Assembly (NCBI GenBank): GCA_951812945.1
Contig: CATOTB010000001.1
Span: forward strand, 488,198-552,197
DNA: 64,000 nt
From: Candidatus Dadabacteria bacterium
GTDB taxonomy: Bacteria > Desulfobacterota_D > UBA1144 > Nemesobacterales > Nemesobacteraceae
Reading direction: 5' to 3'
This document shows, piece after piece, positions 27,125 through 37,004 of this stretch. The first letter of the stretch is position 1, and the number at the start of each line of letters is the position of its first letter. The notes under the pieces are model-generated. The model saw only the letters and a list, made by a program, of their open reading frames with translations, was not told where the DNA came from and did not search any database. The translations under genes and the position numbers were made by a program.

Positions 27125-28021
27125 ATGCAGGCGGGGCAAGAGCCGAGGAGAGAAACGATGGAAAAGCATGTTGAAGATTACAATTATGAGCCTTTTGCCG
27201 ATACCGAAGAGTATAGAAAGGTAAACGGCGATATAACGAGAAACTGGGTCCAGATAATGGTTGACAGAGGGGTTGAGAGTCTTGACAGGTTTCTTGACAT
27301 CGCTACCGGAGCGGGCACGATGGCGCAGCTTTTTTTCGATATGCTTCCTTCGAACCTCAAAGAGTCAGCAGTGTTCTGCCTTGACCAATCGGCCGGCGCT
27401 CTTAAGCTTGCCAAAAGCAGACTTGAAAAAGAGATTGATAAGCTGACTCTTATCAATTCGTCCATACAGGAACTTGATTTGCCTGCGAAAAGTCTCGACG
27501 TGGCTATATGGGGTAACGGTATCCACTACCTTGACGAAGAGGAACAGATTAAAAGCCTTAAGGCGATCAAGAAAGCGCTTAAGCCCGGGGGATGGTTCTT
27601 TTTCAACACAGCTTTTTACGAAGAGGCAAGACCCGCGGAGACCATACCTTTCTACAGGACCCAGGTAAGAAACGCCGTCCAGTTTCTCAAGAAAGAGGGG
27701 ATAAAGAGAGTAAAAGTCGAAAGAAAAGCCGAAGCCGCAAAGTTTCACCCGCGTTCCTACTACGAAGAACTCGTGAGCAATGTCGGATTTGATCTTGTCG
27801 ATGCCCAGGAGTTCGCCGCCGACCTTACGAAAGAAGCGTGGGAGTATATAAGCTCTTTCCAGCAGTATGCCTCCGGGGCCCTTCACGGCTATCCGGATGA
27901 GGCCGCTTCCGATGCTATGAAAAACGCGGTTGAGCCAGCCATCCTTCTCCACGGCGAAATAAATGAAGACGGCAACCATTTTGTTACCAGAAAATGGCTC
28001 TCGATAAGTGCGCGGGCGTAA
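27125..28021 (+). CDS. class I SAM-dependent methyltransferase
   Basis: SAM-binding motif I LDIATGAGT and a Rossmann-like pattern; start may be ATG 27158. Confidence 0.65.
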   Translation: MQAGQEPRRETMEKHVEDYNYEPFADTEEYRKVNGDITRNWVQIMVDRGVESLDRFLDIATGAGTMAQLFFDMLPSNLKESAVFCLDQSAGALKLAKSRLEKEIDKLTLINSSIQELDLPAKSLDVAIWGNGIHYLDEEEQIKSLKAIKKALKPGGWFFFNTAFYEEARPAETIPFYRTQVRNAVQFLKKEGIKRVKVERKAEAAKFHPRSYYEELVSNVGFDLVDAQEFAADLTKEAWEYISSFQQYASGALHGYPDEAASDAMKNAVEPAILLHGEINEDGNHFVTRKWLSISARA

Positions 28022-28039
28022 TTTTCCGCCGCAGGGATG

Positions 28040-28360
28040 TTATTCGGCCGGTACGCTGTTTTTCCTGAGAAAATCAAATGTGTAGAATCCGGTTTCGCAC
28101 CAGTTCTCGCCTACAAACCTTATAGCGTAATTCCCGACGTACTCTATCCTCTCCGGCGCCATGCCGCTTTTTCCGAGAGGAATCCGTTTTTTAAACGGAA
28201 GTTTCCCAGTCCTGCTTTTTTTTCTGAGCCTTCTGCAGGTGGCGCAGGGGCAGATTTCCCTGAGTTCTTCATAAAAGAATATGCTCTCTTCCCCGTCATC
28301 CCAGATGACCTGAAGAGCTTTTTCGGTAAATTCGTTTATTTCCTTAGGTTTTACGCTCAC
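28040..28360 (-). CDS. DUF971 family protein
   Basis: LRxxCPCAxC motif (LREICPCATC) characteristic of DUF971. Confidence 0.55.
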   Translation of the reverse strand: MSVKPKEINEFTEKALQVIWDDGEESIFFYEELREICPCATCRRLRKKSRTGKLPFKKRIPLGKSGMAPERIEYVGNYAIRFVGENWCETGFYTFDFLRKNSVPAE

Positions 28361-28447
28361 AAATGATATTCTACCTGTCCGCTGAACAGCAATCGATCTG
28401 AACAGATTTCATTGTGCTGACGCAAGCGGTTATAATCAAAACCTGAA

Positions 28448-29212
28448 ATGAGCGAGCAGGAACAGGACGCGCTCTCGGCGACAGTAAATTGGGTCCGGGA
28501 GGCCTCCCAGATAGTTTTTCTTACGGGAGTCGAGCTCTCCCTTGAGGTCGGGTTGCCGGACGTTTCAGATCTGAGCTTTAATCCGGACATAGGAAAATTT
28601 AAGAATCGCCCGGAGGTAAGAAGGGAGTACTGGGAAAAAATAAAGGACTTCTATCCCAGAATCTCCGAGGCACGACCCTCTCCGGCACACGAAGCGATCT
28701 ACGAGATGGAGTTTCTCTGCAACGTTGACTGCGTTCTGACCCAGGCGGCCGACGGTCTGCACAACAAAACCGGCAGCGAGAAGATAATAGAGATATACTC
28801 GACGATAAACTGGGTCCACTGCCACGAATGCGGAAACGATTACCGCACCGACGGGATTCTGCTTTCCCTTGAAGACAGCAAAACCGGCATTCCTAAATGC
28901 AAGGAATGTCAAAGCGACCAGATGAAGCCTCCGCTTTCTTTTCCGGGCCAGCCGCTTCCTCACTGGGAAATAAGAGAATCCTGGATGAGACTTCAGCACT
29001 GCGATCTTTTCATAGTCGTCGGAGCGAACCTGGAAATCGAACCCGTGGCGTCTTTCCCCTTTCAGGTTATGAACAAGGGAAACAAGGTCGTTATTATCGG
29101 AGAGAGAAAAACCCCGGCTGACGATTACGTAAGTGCCGTCATATACGGAAACCCAAGCCAAGTCATGCCTTACATAGTCGATAAGCTCAAAGAAACGCAA
29201 ACGATTTCCTGA
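28448..29212 (+). CDS. Sir2-family (sirtuin-like) protein with degenerate NAD-binding and catalytic motifs
   Basis: Zn-ribbon CHECG...CKEC, TQAADGLH and VVGANLEIEP resemble sirtuins, but GAGIS is replaced by GVELS and the HG catalytic dipeptide is absent. Confidence 0.55.
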   Translation: MSEQEQDALSATVNWVREASQIVFLTGVELSLEVGLPDVSDLSFNPDIGKFKNRPEVRREYWEKIKDFYPRISEARPSPAHEAIYEMEFLCNVDCVLTQAADGLHNKTGSEKIIEIYSTINWVHCHECGNDYRTDGILLSLEDSKTGIPKCKECQSDQMKPPLSFPGQPLPHWEIRESWMRLQHCDLFIVVGANLEIEPVASFPFQVMNKGNKVVIIGERKTPADDYVSAVIYGNPSQVMPYIVDKLKETQTIS

Positions 29213-29249
29213 ACCGCGGGGACCATGGGAAGGGAGCCAGAGAGCAGGT

Positions 29250-30743
29250 TTGTCTGTCGAGATAAAAATGGATGATAAAAGCGTCGCCCAGGAGATGGAA
29301 AGTTACGTTTCTAATCTCGACAGCGACATCTATACAATAAGCAATATTCCCGAGGAAGTTGTCGCCGTCATCTTCGCCTATGTAAGCAGAAGTCCTAAAA
29401 GCTTCAGGGAAAACATAGACACCGTAATAAGGGAGCAGGAGATGGGGAGGGACAGGGCGGAGAAGTTCCATGAGAAGTGGGTTCTTAACTACGGTCACGC
29501 TTCTGTTGCGGAGCACGCAACCGTGCACATGGGCGTTGAGAGGGTTTCAAGGCTTTTCTCATCCCTGCTTGAATGCGCGAATGAATTTCTCTCGTTCACT
29601 GAATATTCCCAGAGATACCAGAGACCGCGCAAAGGTGACAACTACATCCCGGAGGAGCTTGACTCACACCCGGTTCTTAAAAAGGAGTTCGAAGAGCTTT
29701 GCGATTTTCAGTACGACGTTTATTCAAGGCTTAACACAGAGCTTTTCGATTTCCTGAAAACAAAATTCCCCGTTCCCGAAGGCAAGCAGGAAAAGGCCCA
29801 CTTCAGGGCGCTTGAGAAAATAGCGTTTGAGGATGCCAGGTATGCCCTTAACCTCTCCACACTTACGAATCTCGGCATGACGGCAAACGCAAGAGCCATA
29901 GAGCAGACCATCTCTGCGCTTCTCTCAAGCCGCTATCTCGAGGCGAGAAAAAGGGCCGAGGAGATGAAAAGCGAGGTCAGGTTCTCTGTTCCAACGCTTG
30001 TAAAGTATGCTGACGAAAATCCCTACATAGTCAAAACGCGCGAGGCGCTTGCGGAATTCTCGCGTGATCTTGAAGACACCGGAAAAACCAAACCCGAAAA
30101 CGGCTCTTCCGTTGCTCTTTTTGACTACACTGGACGGGGAAGAGAAAATCCCCAGGCCGAGGCTCTAAGAGAGATCGCAAGAGGGCTTCTTTTCGAATTC
30201 TCTGGGCTTTCAGTCGGTGACATAGAGAGACATCTTTCCCAAAACACCCCGGAGCTTGAGAAAATTTTCTCAATCGCCGTCGAGGCACTTGGAAAGCACG
30301 ATAACCCGGCCGGGATATTCAGATCGGTTAATTACAATGCGGAGTTTGTCCTGAGCGAGGCGGCGTGGCATCAGCTGCTAAGGCACAGGAAAGTCAGCTG
30401 GACCGCGAAGGAACCTTCTGTTGAGGATGGCGTAACGGTTCCTCCTCACGTTACGGAATCGGGGACAGAGGAACTCCTGCTCGATGCCGTCGGACGAAGT
30501 GAGCATCTCTACGAAAAGCTCATCGACGCCGGTTCTCGCGATGTGGCGAGCTACGTTGTCACAAACGCTCATAACAGGAGGGTTTTGGGCAGCTTCGATC
30601 TCTGGGAACTATACCACCTGACGAACCTGCGGATGTCGGAGGGGGCGCAGTGGGATATACAGAAAGTCGTTGGGCAGCTTGCGCAGGAAATTGGCAAAGT
30701 GCATCCGGTCTTTGTCCGTTCCGCTTTGAAAAGGGTTGCTTAA
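29250..30743 (+). CDS. tandem-domain ThyX-like protein (FAD-dependent thymidylate synthase family)
   Basis: first half has ThyX-like GHASVAEHAT...SQRY; second half has an RHR-containing motif (LLRHRKVSWTAKEPS); 497 aa, twice typical ThyX length; TTG/ATG start ambiguous. Confidence 0.55.
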   Translation: MSVEIKMDDKSVAQEMESYVSNLDSDIYTISNIPEEVVAVIFAYVSRSPKSFRENIDTVIREQEMGRDRAEKFHEKWVLNYGHASVAEHATVHMGVERVSRLFSSLLECANEFLSFTEYSQRYQRPRKGDNYIPEELDSHPVLKKEFEELCDFQYDVYSRLNTELFDFLKTKFPVPEGKQEKAHFRALEKIAFEDARYALNLSTLTNLGMTANARAIEQTISALLSSRYLEARKRAEEMKSEVRFSVPTLVKYADENPYIVKTREALAEFSRDLEDTGKTKPENGSSVALFDYTGRGRENPQAEALREIARGLLFEFSGLSVGDIERHLSQNTPELEKIFSIAVEALGKHDNPAGIFRSVNYNAEFVLSEAAWHQLLRHRKVSWTAKEPSVEDGVTVPPHVTESGTEELLLDAVGRSEHLYEKLIDAGSRDVASYVVTNAHNRRVLGSFDLWELYHLTNLRMSEGAQWDIQKVVGQLAQEIGKVHPVFVRSALKRVA

Positions 30744-30761
30744 GAAAGAAAAAAGGATAGT

Positions 30762-30983
30762 TTGATGTCGCTTCAGCCTGTCAGAAGATGTGAAGAGTGT
30801 GGTTACGAAACCACGGCGAAAACGGATGTGTGCCTTTCCTGCGGAGAGAGTATGCGACGCAGGATGAAAGGTGGGATCAGAGGACTTCTTCGAAGCGTGA
30901 TACTCATAACGATTGCGATTTACATCCTTCTGTCCACGTTTAAGGTTTTCGGATTATCACTGGCGGTGGGGTGCTGTGGCTGA
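30762..30983 (+). CDS. small zinc-ribbon membrane protein
   Basis: CEECG...CLSCG followed by a TM helix. Confidence 0.4.
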   Translation: MMSLQPVRRCEECGYETTAKTDVCLSCGESMRRRMKGGIRGLLRSVILITIAIYILLSTFKVFGLSLAVGCCG

Positions 30984-31473
30984 TTCCAACCATGTCTCGA
31001 AGGTAAAAGAAGGAGCGGCCGCATGGAACAAGTGGCGGGAGGAAGAGCCCGATGTTATGCCGGATCTTGGCTGGGCGAATCTTAACGGGCTTAATCTTGA
31101 CGGTGCCGTGTTTGCGAAATCGGCTCTCAAGCTTGCCTTCTGCAAGGGGTCCAGTCTGGTGGGCGCAGATTTTTCCGAGGCGAACATGCGTGGAGTAAAC
31201 TTCGAAGGGTGCGATCTTCGCGGCGCGGTGTTCAGGGACGCTAATCTTGAAGGGGCCCACATGCTCGGTGCTGATCTTACGGGCGCCGATTTCACGGGAG
31301 CTAACCTCAAGCTTGCGAATCTCGACGGGGCGATTCTCAGGGATGCCGACCTTACGGGTGCGAAGAAATTGCGGGCTTCCCAGCTTTTCAGTGTCAGAGA
31401 TATTGAGAATCTTAAGGTTTCAGACAAAATCCTGGAGAAGGTAAAGGGCCAATCTCCGCATCTGTTTGAGTGA
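30978..31473 (+). CDS. pentapeptide-repeat protein
   Basis: tandem A(D/N)LxG pentapeptide units; probable GTG start at 30978 (the track ORF at 30913 overlaps the previous gene). Confidence 0.7.
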
Positions 31474-31510
31474 GACCTCCGCCACCTGACCGATTAATTT
31501 ACGTTTAAGA

Positions 31511-32662
31511 ATGAGCAGGAAAATCTACAGCGTATCGGAACTCAATTCCTCGATAAAACAAGCGATTGAGCTTGAGTTCGGCGGGGAGATAATATGGGTT
31601 GCGGGGGAGATCTCCGGTTTCAAGGGACATTACGCAAGCGGCCACTGGTATTTTTCCCTTAAGGATGAGCAGAGCCAGGTCTCCGCTGCCTGCTTCAGAA
31701 GGGATAACCAGCATATAAAATTCACGCCGGAGAATGGAATGGATGTCATATGCGGCGCGCGCGTTGGCGTTTACGAGAAAAACGGTGTTTACCAGCTTTA
31801 CGTAAGCACCATGGAGCCAAGAGGTATCGGCGCAGACGCGCTAGCGCTTGAAAAACTGAAGCAGAAGCTCTCAGAAGAAGGGCTTTTCGATATCTCGAAA
31901 AAACGCCCCCTCCCGTTTCTTTCCCGTAAAATAGGTGTGGTTACTTCCCCTTCAGGAGCTGCTGTAAGAGACGTAATAAAGGTCGTATACAGAAGGTCTC
32001 CCAACATTGAGGTGATTATTTCCCCTGCGAGCGTTCAGGGAGATGGTGCACCGGCTGAAATAGTCAGGGCCCTTGAGAGGCTCTACGCCATGGAAGATCT
32101 GGACCTTGTGATCGTAACCAGGGGAGGGGGGTCAAAAGAAGACTTAAAAGCTTTTAACGATGAAGGGGTCGCGAGAAAAATCGCCGCTTCCCCTTTTCCC
32201 GTGATCTCAGCCGTGGGCCACGAAGTGGACGTGACGATAGCCGATTTGGTATCCGACGTGAGGGCGGCTACTCCTTCAATGGCCGCCGAGCTTGCCGTAA
32301 GGGAAAAAAGAGAGATCCTAGAAGACCTCGCGCAGTTTCGCCGCCGCCTCGATTTCTCTCTCACAAGCCGTATTGACATGTTCTCCATGCAGCTTGACGG
32401 ACTCGCAAACAGCTTCAGACATCAGATGACATCGCGGATCGAGAATCTTGAACGGCGGATCGAGAATTACTCGGGAAAACTCACTTCTCTTAATCCCTTC
32501 GGTGTCCTGCAGAGGGGATACGCTATCGTATCAAAAGAAAAAAGCGGAGAGATAGTGCAGGATTCCCGGACCCTTGACCACAAAGAAAAACTCGTTTTAC
32601 GGCTTGGCAAAGGCAGGGCGTTTTGCAGCGTTGACGGTACTGAGAACGAACCGCAGGCCTGA
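31511..32662 (+). CDS. xseA: exodeoxyribonuclease VII large subunit
   Basis: XseA N-terminal OB-fold region and full-length pattern. Confidence 0.85.
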   Translation: MSRKIYSVSELNSSIKQAIELEFGGEIIWVAGEISGFKGHYASGHWYFSLKDEQSQVSAACFRRDNQHIKFTPENGMDVICGARVGVYEKNGVYQLYVSTMEPRGIGADALALEKLKQKLSEEGLFDISKKRPLPFLSRKIGVVTSPSGAAVRDVIKVVYRRSPNIEVIISPASVQGDGAPAEIVRALERLYAMEDLDLVIVTRGGGSKEDLKAFNDEGVARKIAASPFPVISAVGHEVDVTIADLVSDVRAATPSMAAELAVREKREILEDLAQFRRRLDFSLTSRIDMFSMQLDGLANSFRHQMTSRIENLERRIENYSGKLTSLNPFGVLQRGYAIVSKEKSGEIVQDSRTLDHKEKLVLRLGKGRAFCSVDGTENEPQA

Positions 32663-32665
32663 TCT

Positions 32666-33661
32666 TCAGGGGACGACCGAAAGACTTTTAAGCTCGACGA
32701 CGGATATGTTCTGCGCAAGCAAAAGGTCTCTTGTTCTCTCAGGCGGCGGGACATCCGTGAGTAGGAGCCTTAGTCTTCCCCCGAGGGCGTTTCTTAGGTT
32801 CTCGCCCGAGCCGTTTTCGCCTCCGAGCCTGTTAACGACATTTTCAATTTCCGCACCCGCAAGAAAAAGCATGACTGGCATTATCTCGGGGACATCCGCA
32901 AAAAAATCTTGAGTGTCCTCTGCTATGGCTCCCCTGGCCGCGGTCTGCAGGTTAAGCAGATTAGCGAATTTCGAAAAAGAACCGCTGCTGGGAAGGTAGG
33001 AAAACGTTTGGTCCTCGACAGAAACCGCCCCCAGTTCCTGTTCCGAGAGGCACAGGAGATCGAGTATGTCTCCATGGGAAAAGCTTCTGTTTTCAGCCAG
33101 TGCGCCCCCCGCATTGAATATTACAGCTGCGGAGTCCTTGTTTACCGAGCTTCCGAGTGCGTCTATTTCATCCTTAAGCTTTTTCCTGCTGAGAAAGCCG
33201 AACTTTACGACGTTTGAATAACTGACTGTTTTTTCCTCCACGGGGATTTTTTCGTTCACGCTGAGAAAGGCTTTTTCTATTTTCTCTCCGAGTATGGGGT
33301 CATCAGCGAGTTTCCGTGCGTCGTCTGTGCTTGCGGAAAGAAAAAAGCAATTTCCAGACGAGTTCTCAAGGACCGCTCTTGCTTCCTTTACGTTCCTTGC
33401 AGGCAGGGAGATTCCCCCTAGCGTAAATACCGCCAGTTCGAAAAAAAGACACGCCAGAGTGTTGGGTGAGAGAACGATTATCCTGCTTCCGGTGGAGAAT
33501 CCCGAATTCAGAAGAAAACAGGCTATGCTTTCGACTTCGGTCGCAAGGTCGGGCCAGGTGATCTGTTTCCAGCTCCACCCGTCTTTTTTCTGAAACAGCA
33601 GCCTTGAGCCGTTTTCCTTTGTTTTTTCCCTGAGGAAATTATGGAAGTTCCTTTCTTTCAT
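32666..33661 (-). CDS. AMP-dependent synthetase/ligase-like protein with degenerate core motifs
   Basis: N-terminal half resembles acyl-CoA synthetases, but the TSGTTGxPKG motif is not intact. Confidence 0.35.
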   Translation of the reverse strand: MKERNFHNFLREKTKENGSRLLFQKKDGWSWKQITWPDLATEVESIACFLLNSGFSTGSRIIVLSPNTLACLFFELAVFTLGGISLPARNVKEARAVLENSSGNCFFLSASTDDARKLADDPILGEKIEKAFLSVNEKIPVEEKTVSYSNVVKFGFLSRKKLKDEIDALGSSVNKDSAAVIFNAGGALAENRSFSHGDILDLLCLSEQELGAVSVEDQTFSYLPSSGSFSKFANLLNLQTAARGAIAEDTQDFFADVPEIMPVMLFLAGAEIENVVNRLGGENGSGENLRNALGGRLRLLLTDVPPPERTRDLLLAQNISVVELKSLSVVP

Positions 33662-33751
33662 ATTTCTTCTTCGAACCGCCTTTGCGGATTGTGATTCGGG
33701 TAAAATTAAAAACTATAATTTAACCGGTTTACGCGCTATGGTGACGAATTC

Positions 33752-35107
33752 ATGAAAAGGGAACTTGATTTTGAGAAGAAAAATTTCGCGGGGGCGCTTG
33801 AGATAGTAGGGATTCTTGTGGAAAAGGGACACAAAGCCTTTTTCGTGGGCGGCTGCGTGCGCGACGCACTGCTCGGCGTTGCGTGCAACGAAATTGATAT
33901 AGCCACAAGCGCGACTCCGGAGCAGGTGCAGCAGGCGTTTGCGAAGACCGTGGCCGTGGGGGAGAGCTTCGGCGTGGTGCTGGTGATAAAAGGAGACATG
34001 AAATTCGAGGTTGCCACTTTCAGGAGGGAATCAAAATACGGCGACGGAAGACACCCAGAAAGTGTCGATTACACCAAAAGCCCGGAAGAAGATGTCCGGA
34101 GAAGAGATTTTACGATAAATGGTATGCTCTACGATCCGGTTTCGGGGGAGCTTTACGATTATGTGGAAGGTCTTGCGGATCTTGAGCGTGGGCTCGTGAG
34201 GACCATAGGAGATCCCGAGACGAGGTTCGGCGAGGACAGGTTGAGAATGATGAGGGCGGTGCGATTCACGTCCTGTCTCGGTTTTGAGCTTGACGGGGCG
34301 GCGCTTTCGGCTATCCGCGATGCGGCTTCCGGGATATCCGTTGTAAGCGGGGAGAGGATACGCGAAGAGCTCATTAAGATACTCACCCGCCGGAATCCGG
34401 GGGACGGACTCAGGCTTCTTAGCTCCTGTGGCCTTCTTGAGCATTTTCTCCCGGAAGTCGAATGTATGCATGGAGTGCAGCAGCCTCCTCAGTTCCATCC
34501 CGAGGGCGATGTATTTCAGCACACCTGTCTTGTAATGGACATGCTCTATGGCAACACCGATGGTCGCTACTCAGATGAGCTTGCGGTTGCCGCGCTTCTC
34601 CATGACGTGGGTAAGCCGCCCACTTACAGCGAATCCGACAGGATAAGGTTCAACGGACACGACAGGGTGGGGGCCAGGATGTCGGAGGACATATGCAGGA
34701 GGCTCAGGTTCTCCAAAAAGCAGATAAAGAGAATTTCCGAGCTTATCCTGGAGCATCTTAAGTTCAAGGATGTTTTCAATATGAGAGAAAGCACCCTGAA
34801 GAAATTTCTTTCCCTTCCGTATTTTGAGGAGCATATGCAGATGCATCTTGCAGACTGCATGGCCAGTCATGGAAAAACCGATGCCTACGATTTCATCAGG
34901 GAAAAGATGGAAGAGTACGGACGGGAGGAAATAAAACCCATTCCGCTTCTCGGCGGACAGGATCTTATAGACCTTGGCTATTCTCCCGGCCCTGCTTTTT
35001 CGGAAATGCTGGGGCAGGTGGAAGAACTGCAGCTTGAGAACCGACTTTCCTCAAAGGAAGAAGCTATAGAATTTGTTTTGAAAAATTACACAGATAAGCG
35101 CGATTAG
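33752..35107 (+). CDS. cca: CCA-adding tRNA nucleotidyltransferase with C-terminal HD domain
   Basis: GGCVRDALLG...DIDIATSATPEQ head domain; HD motif LLHDVGK. Confidence 0.85.
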   Translation: MKRELDFEKKNFAGALEIVGILVEKGHKAFFVGGCVRDALLGVACNEIDIATSATPEQVQQAFAKTVAVGESFGVVLVIKGDMKFEVATFRRESKYGDGRHPESVDYTKSPEEDVRRRDFTINGMLYDPVSGELYDYVEGLADLERGLVRTIGDPETRFGEDRLRMMRAVRFTSCLGFELDGAALSAIRDAASGISVVSGERIREELIKILTRRNPGDGLRLLSSCGLLEHFLPEVECMHGVQQPPQFHPEGDVFQHTCLVMDMLYGNTDGRYSDELAVAALLHDVGKPPTYSESDRIRFNGHDRVGARMSEDICRRLRFSKKQIKRISELILEHLKFKDVFNMRESTLKKFLSLPYFEEHMQMHLADCMASHGKTDAYDFIREKMEEYGREEIKPIPLLGGQDLIDLGYSPGPAFSEMLGQVEELQLENRLSSKEEAIEFVLKNYTDKRD

Positions 35108-35218
35108 CGGCTATCGTTTGAATTTCGCTTAAAATCTGGGTTGTTTCTGTTGTTCATGCCGGATATTTCTGAAAAGCATGTTCCACTATTCCCTTATGCT
35201 CTGAAATTATCTAATGCT

Positions 35219-36439
35219 TTAACCCTCTTGAATCGCTGTGGAGTAGATGTCGATGTCTTTTGAGCTCATACCTAAGCGGCGCGCTGTGCCCAGCCAGTTT
35301 TTCAGGGGAGCCGATATTTCATCGATTATTGCCTCGGACTCTTTTTTCTTCAGGGCGAAAAACGGCGCTGCCTCGCGCGCCAGATTGAGGTCGGCTTCGG
35401 GTCCCTGCTCTGAAATCCAGGTTGCAAGTTCCCGGGCTTTTTCCACAAGTGGCACGGGATTCAGGTCGTAGGCGGGTGACAGGCGCCACCTGCCGTTGCC
35501 GTTGTAAAGAAATCCGTGATTACGGAGGTGATCGTCAAGATTACTGATAAGCACATTAAAGACGATCCGTCGCCAGAGTTCGTGCAGGTCTTCCGTCGGC
35601 GAGCTTGAATGCATGCGTATGATCTCCGCGATGTCGGTATAAGTTGCTTCATCTCCGTCGTTTAGTCCTAGAAGGCTCATGGCTGACAGAAACGGAATAC
35701 GCCGGTTGCCCGTTCGGTCGAAGCGCCGGATCAGTGCCACCGGTCGGCCGGCGACATCCACCAGTTCTGCATCGGCCACACTCAGTCCTGCCTCGCGTGC
35801 CAGAGTCATCGCCAGTACTTCCCCGTGCGGTATGCTTCGGTCGTCATCGGGTTTTGGAAACTTGGCGATTGCCAACGTGCCGTCTGTGTTCTCTACTGCG
35901 GATTTTGGACGCGCACCGCCAAGCGGTGAGCCCTCGTTCAAAAGCAGTTTAAGGTCTTCTGAAGTTTCGGTATTCGTCTGAACTGCATCAGCCGCGTTGA
36001 TAAGCGCTGGCAGTTGAATCAGGGGCGGTACGCGGGAACTGCCTATGTGATGATCAAAAGAGTTTTCGCCCTCGCGTCTGAAACGTAGCGCGCCGATGCG
36101 CGTGTGATCCGTGACCGCGAGCAAATAATCGAGTTCCGAAAGGGTTCGCTTCCCTCCGGCCTTGGCAAACGCCCGCTTGATAAGTTGTCGACCCCATCGG
36201 TCGGGTGCCGCATCGCGGAGGGCTCCCGGCAGCGCGGATTTATCTGAAGAGGTATAAAATGGTACTCCCTGCAGCGGCAAATTCTCCGGATCAATTGCAA
36301 AGGCATCGGTGTCACCGAGCCATTCAGCTGCATATTCGAACACAGAGCTTCGGCTGCGGTGCTTGTCGACATAGCGGAACCGTCCGACCATTCGGGTACC
36401 GCCTGGGCGGTCAATATGGATCTCAATTGCATTTTTCAT
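35219..36439 (-). CDS. hipA: HipA-family serine/threonine kinase toxin
   Basis: HipA N- and C-domains across the full length; GC-rich relative to surroundings. Confidence 0.8.
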   Translation of the reverse strand: MKNAIEIHIDRPGGTRMVGRFRYVDKHRSRSSVFEYAAEWLGDTDAFAIDPENLPLQGVPFYTSSDKSALPGALRDAAPDRWGRQLIKRAFAKAGGKRTLSELDYLLAVTDHTRIGALRFRREGENSFDHHIGSSRVPPLIQLPALINAADAVQTNTETSEDLKLLLNEGSPLGGARPKSAVENTDGTLAIAKFPKPDDDRSIPHGEVLAMTLAREAGLSVADAELVDVAGRPVALIRRFDRTGNRRIPFLSAMSLLGLNDGDEATYTDIAEIIRMHSSSPTEDLHELWRRIVFNVLISNLDDHLRNHGFLYNGNGRWRLSPAYDLNPVPLVEKARELATWISEQGPEADLNLAREAAPFFALKKKESEAIIDEISAPLKNWLGTARRLGMSSKDIDIYSTAIQEG

Positions 36440-36777
36440 CAGGGAATCCTTTTGCTTCTGCGTCTTCGGGACATGATTTTCTTAGGCAAACGGTCCTCGT
36501 CAAGATCGAGACCCAGAGCGTCATTGGTGCGGTCGGCGACTTGGACTAAACCTTCGGCAAGACCGAGGATAGCCAGAACCGTCGCGTATATTCCCATCGA
36601 GACCGTAGGGTCACCCTTTTCGACCTTGTAAAGAGTAGCGCGACTTATAAAGGCGCGTTCTGCCATTGAAACAGTTGAAATGCGACGCTTTTTGCGCGCA
36701 ATGGCTATATCCGCGCCGAGTTTGACTAAAGCTTGTCGAGCTGCCCGCGGAAGCGTTTGTGGTGCTTGTGATTTCAT
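36439..36777 (-). CDS. hipB: HipB-like XRE-family HTH antitoxin
   Basis: HTH_XRE (ISTVSMAERAFISRATLYKVEKG); 1-nt junction with hipA. Confidence 0.75.
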   Translation of the reverse strand: MKSQAPQTLPRAARQALVKLGADIAIARKKRRISTVSMAERAFISRATLYKVEKGDPTVSMGIYATVLAILGLAEGLVQVADRTNDALGLDLDEDRLPKKIMSRRRRSKRIP

Positions 36778-36778
36778 T

Positions 36779-36825
36779 GTCTTATATTATTACCAATTAA
36801 GCTTTGTTTGTCTATTATATAAGAC
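36779..36825. promoter_or_regulatory. 9-bp perfect inverted repeat GTCTTATAT-N29-ATATAAGAC upstream of hipB (candidate operator)
   Basis: palindrome arms read directly. Confidence 0.3.
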
Positions 36826-37004
36826 AATAAATTAAAAAGAGAGGTTATGAATACGCCGATAAGTCTGTGATTGGAGTCGGAAAGATTCTTTGGGAGATAC
36901 GTCTTACGGGTGGTCTACGCAAGAGGTGCGACTGGTACGTGAAGGAGGAATCCCCAAATAGCGGGTTTCCCCCGTGCTGTGCCGGGGACGCAACGGCAGG
37001 TAAT

